This document shows positions 61,341-64,000 of a stretch of 64,000 bases of DNA, piece by piece. The stretch covers positions 114,328,001 through 114,392,000 of the forward strand of contig NW_024704742.1 of the NCBI RefSeq assembly GCF_018977255.1, written 5' to 3'. The notes under the pieces are model-generated. The model saw nothing but the letters and a program-made list of their open reading frames with translations, was not told where the DNA came from and did not search any database. The DNA comes from Callorhinchus milii (Eukaryota). Each line of letters opens with the position of its first letter. Position 1 is the stretch's first letter. Made by a program: the position numbers and the translations under genes.

Positions 61341-62849
61341 CCAACTTAGATTAACATTCAAATTGATTTCGACCAATGGATATTTAACTCCCACATTACT
61401 GAAAAAATATAATAAAATATTAATAAAATAAATATTTGACTAAAATAAAGTATTCCACCTAACTTATTTTTTAATAGTAACAGACTTTGAAACAAAGAAA
61501 AGCAGACGACTTCAAAGGTGTGTTATATGCCTGGTAGTTCAAGCTGTTGAGCATCTATCTCTTGAATAGAAGTCACAAGTTCAAATCCCAAGGTTGGTTG
61601 CCACTCAAGATCATTTTCCTTCAGAGTATTGTCACCTGTATGCTAGATTACTCAATACTTTAAAACCTACACCTTTGCTAGGGTGGAGAAGCAAGAAAAA
61701 AAATGACCCTACTGGAATGATCTGGACCTTCATGCTGATCTTACAGTGGCCCTTGTACATATGACAATAACACAGCCACAGGTCTTTCCCTCTTTGTTGG
61801 AGGCACATCTGAGAGAATGCTAGGACAGAAATGGAAAGAAAGAAAATCTAAAAAGCATTTGTTTTAGATATTCCCTGCATGCATATATTTCAAAAATCAT
61901 GGGATAATGTTGTCAGGATGAAAACCTGAACATGTTTTCCATTCTAACAAGATCTGCATGAAAACCTAATAACGATTTCGCTGCAGCTTCACTGCACAGC
62001 TTCCACATAGTTTGCTTAACATTTCTATCAACATCTATTATTACCATTTTAAATCATTTATTCAAGGCCTTGTACAAACAAAATACTGTAAATATGTTTA
62101 ACCTTTGGTTATGATTTATTGTTCTGATTGGAAGTTATAGAACGATTCTTCAATCTATTTTTTTCAGTTTCTGTTGCAAATACTTTCATAAAGAGCCCAC
62201 TGCAAATCTCAACAACTTGAAGATGTTTAATATGATAAGAACTAAAACTATCAAAAGACAATTACAACAATATTGTTCAATAATAAAAAATACATTTTAA
62301 AAATACTTAACAAAAACATTACCAGTTAGACTGCACAATTCAATTAACACATGCTACAAGAGATCAATGTGATAAAGGTTATTTATTAGTAGGCCGATAC
62401 TGACAAGCTGATAGATCTTTTCCCCTGAGTTTATCTGTAAACCATTTCAAAGTGTGAGCCCTATTGTCGGGCAGTGGGTAAAACACAGACCTTGTGAGGA
62501 GCTATATTGATTTCTTAATGTCTCTAAGTGACTCTTTAGAGAGTTACTTCACACATAAATGTGAGAAGCAAAAAGGCCTACACATCAAACTGTTAAGAGA
62601 GTACAATAGAAGACAAGCCTTGAAAATCATGAATCATGAGTAGCCTTTAACAATTATTAACTGTGGTGTTGCATGTGATGAGCAGTTTATATAAACAGAA
62701 ACAATAGGAGATGTAGTTGGCAACACAGAAGTTTGAGAACACAGTTTAGTAAAGTTGGGAAAAATTTAATCATCTGAGTGCACAAATTCTCTGTGGGGCA
62801 TTAACAAACATACTTGTAGCACTCTTCAAACTGGGATGATTGATTGATG

Positions 62850-63552
62850 AAACAACAACGTGTACTTATATAGTGCCCTCCATACAGGGTAGCATCTCAC
62901 AGCGCTTAACAGTGGCAGAACCTGATTCTGAGCCCACAGGGTGGGTGGGGGGGGAGGGGAGGGAAGGTGGCTGTAAGCAGGGTCGAAGAGGAAGGTTTTC
63001 AGGGGGGACTTGAAAAGGGGGAGGGAGGAAGCAAGGCAAAGGGATTGAGAGAAAGTGTTCCAGAGTTTCAGGGCATGGTGGCTGAAAGCGCGACTTCCGA
63101 TGGTATGGAGGACGATCTGAGAGACGAGCAGAAGCGCCGGGTGGTGGATTAGGTTGTGAGGAAGTTGGAGATGTAGGCTTAGGTGCCAGAGAGTCAAGGA
63201 ATTTGAAGATGAGTGTGAAGATCTTGAAGATTATCCTTTTGGTAATGGGGAGCCAGTGGAGCCTGGCCAGAATTGGTGAGATGTGGGTACGGAGTTTGGT
63301 CGGGGTCTGTATGTGGGCGGCAGAGTTCTGAATGAGCTGGATCTTTTGAATATTGGAGCTGGGGAGACCGGCGAGGAGTGCGTTTGAGAAATCCAGGTGG
63401 GAGGTGACAAACGCATGCACAATGCATTTGGGGTAAGATACGGTCAAAGGCAGGCAATGTGGCGGAGGTGGAAAAAGATGATCCTGGTCAGGGACTGATG
63501 TGGGGGAGGAAGGTCAGCTGGGGGTCGAACCAGACGCCTAGATTGCGCACTG
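62850..63552 (-). mobile_element. L2 LINE 3' fragment
   Basis: Minus ORF HAFVTS.LDFSNALLAGLP..QLIQNSAA..ISPILARLHWLPI, and tail at 62850-62910. Confidence 0.95.
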
Positions 63553-63779
63553 GTATATGTAAAACTCTGTAGTGATCTGGTAAGATCTGCAATTCTACCT
63601 TTTTGGCATCTGACGCACTAAACCCTTATTTTCACTTCCAAAATGGATGGAATGGAGCCTTGAGGAAGATGATACACACACCAGGTAGGTCTGATAACAG
63701 GTCATGATTTATCACATGCAGAAAGCCAACTTCCTGCACTAAAAGAAAAATTGGCAACTTCTGGGTCATCAGGCAATCC

Positions 63780-64000
63780 TCATTGGGGTTGAAAGTCATA
63801 TACTCTAAGATGACACTCCAACGCAGTGCTGAAGGTGTGTGCATTATCGGAGATGCCATCCTTTGGATGAGACATTAAACCGAGGATCCCATCTGACTGT
63901 TCAGGTAGATGTTAAAAGATCCAATGGTACTATTCGAAAAGAGAAGGGAGTTTCTCCCGGTATCCTGGTTAACAATCCCCCAAATGAAATTTAATCGTTC
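63780..64000 (+). mobile_element. SacSINE1/Deu-like SINE, cut by the window end
   Basis: TGACACTCCAACGCAGTGCTGA..GGATGAGACATTAAACCGAGG..AAAAGATCCAATGGTACTATTCGAAAAGAGAAGGGAG. Confidence 0.9.

Overview
AT-rich eukaryotic DNA, dense in repeats, with no protein-coding gene I can recognise. All ORFs with recognisable homology are broken fragments of L2- and CR1-clade LINE reverse transcriptases or translations of SINE sequence. The repeat landscape comprises L2 and CR1 LINEs, a young tRNA-Ala-headed SINE with an L2-type tail, SacSINE1/Deu-like and LF-SINE-like old SINEs, Tc1/pogo and hAT MITEs, and a probable Helitron remnant. This points to a cartilaginous fish, possibly a chimaera (inference from recalled repeat families, not a search). 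The best splice signals lie on the minus strand, so the window may be part of a long minus-strand intron, but this is unproven. I did not find a new gene system. The most notable signal is a recurring set of locally templated inverted copies and micro-duplications at retroposon junctions: a 64-bp and a 51-bp near-perfect inverted repeat, each with one arm at or inside a SINE/L2 end. They resemble polymerase-theta or template-switch scars. Also flagged are a candidate recursive splice site, a candidate non-coding exon, an RFX/CRE promoter-like cluster with a possible first exon, two long hairpins, and a three-level nested insertion. Repeat boundaries are read by eye and approximate (about +/-20 bp) unless stated otherwise. 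There is one ambiguous base (n) at 23740.
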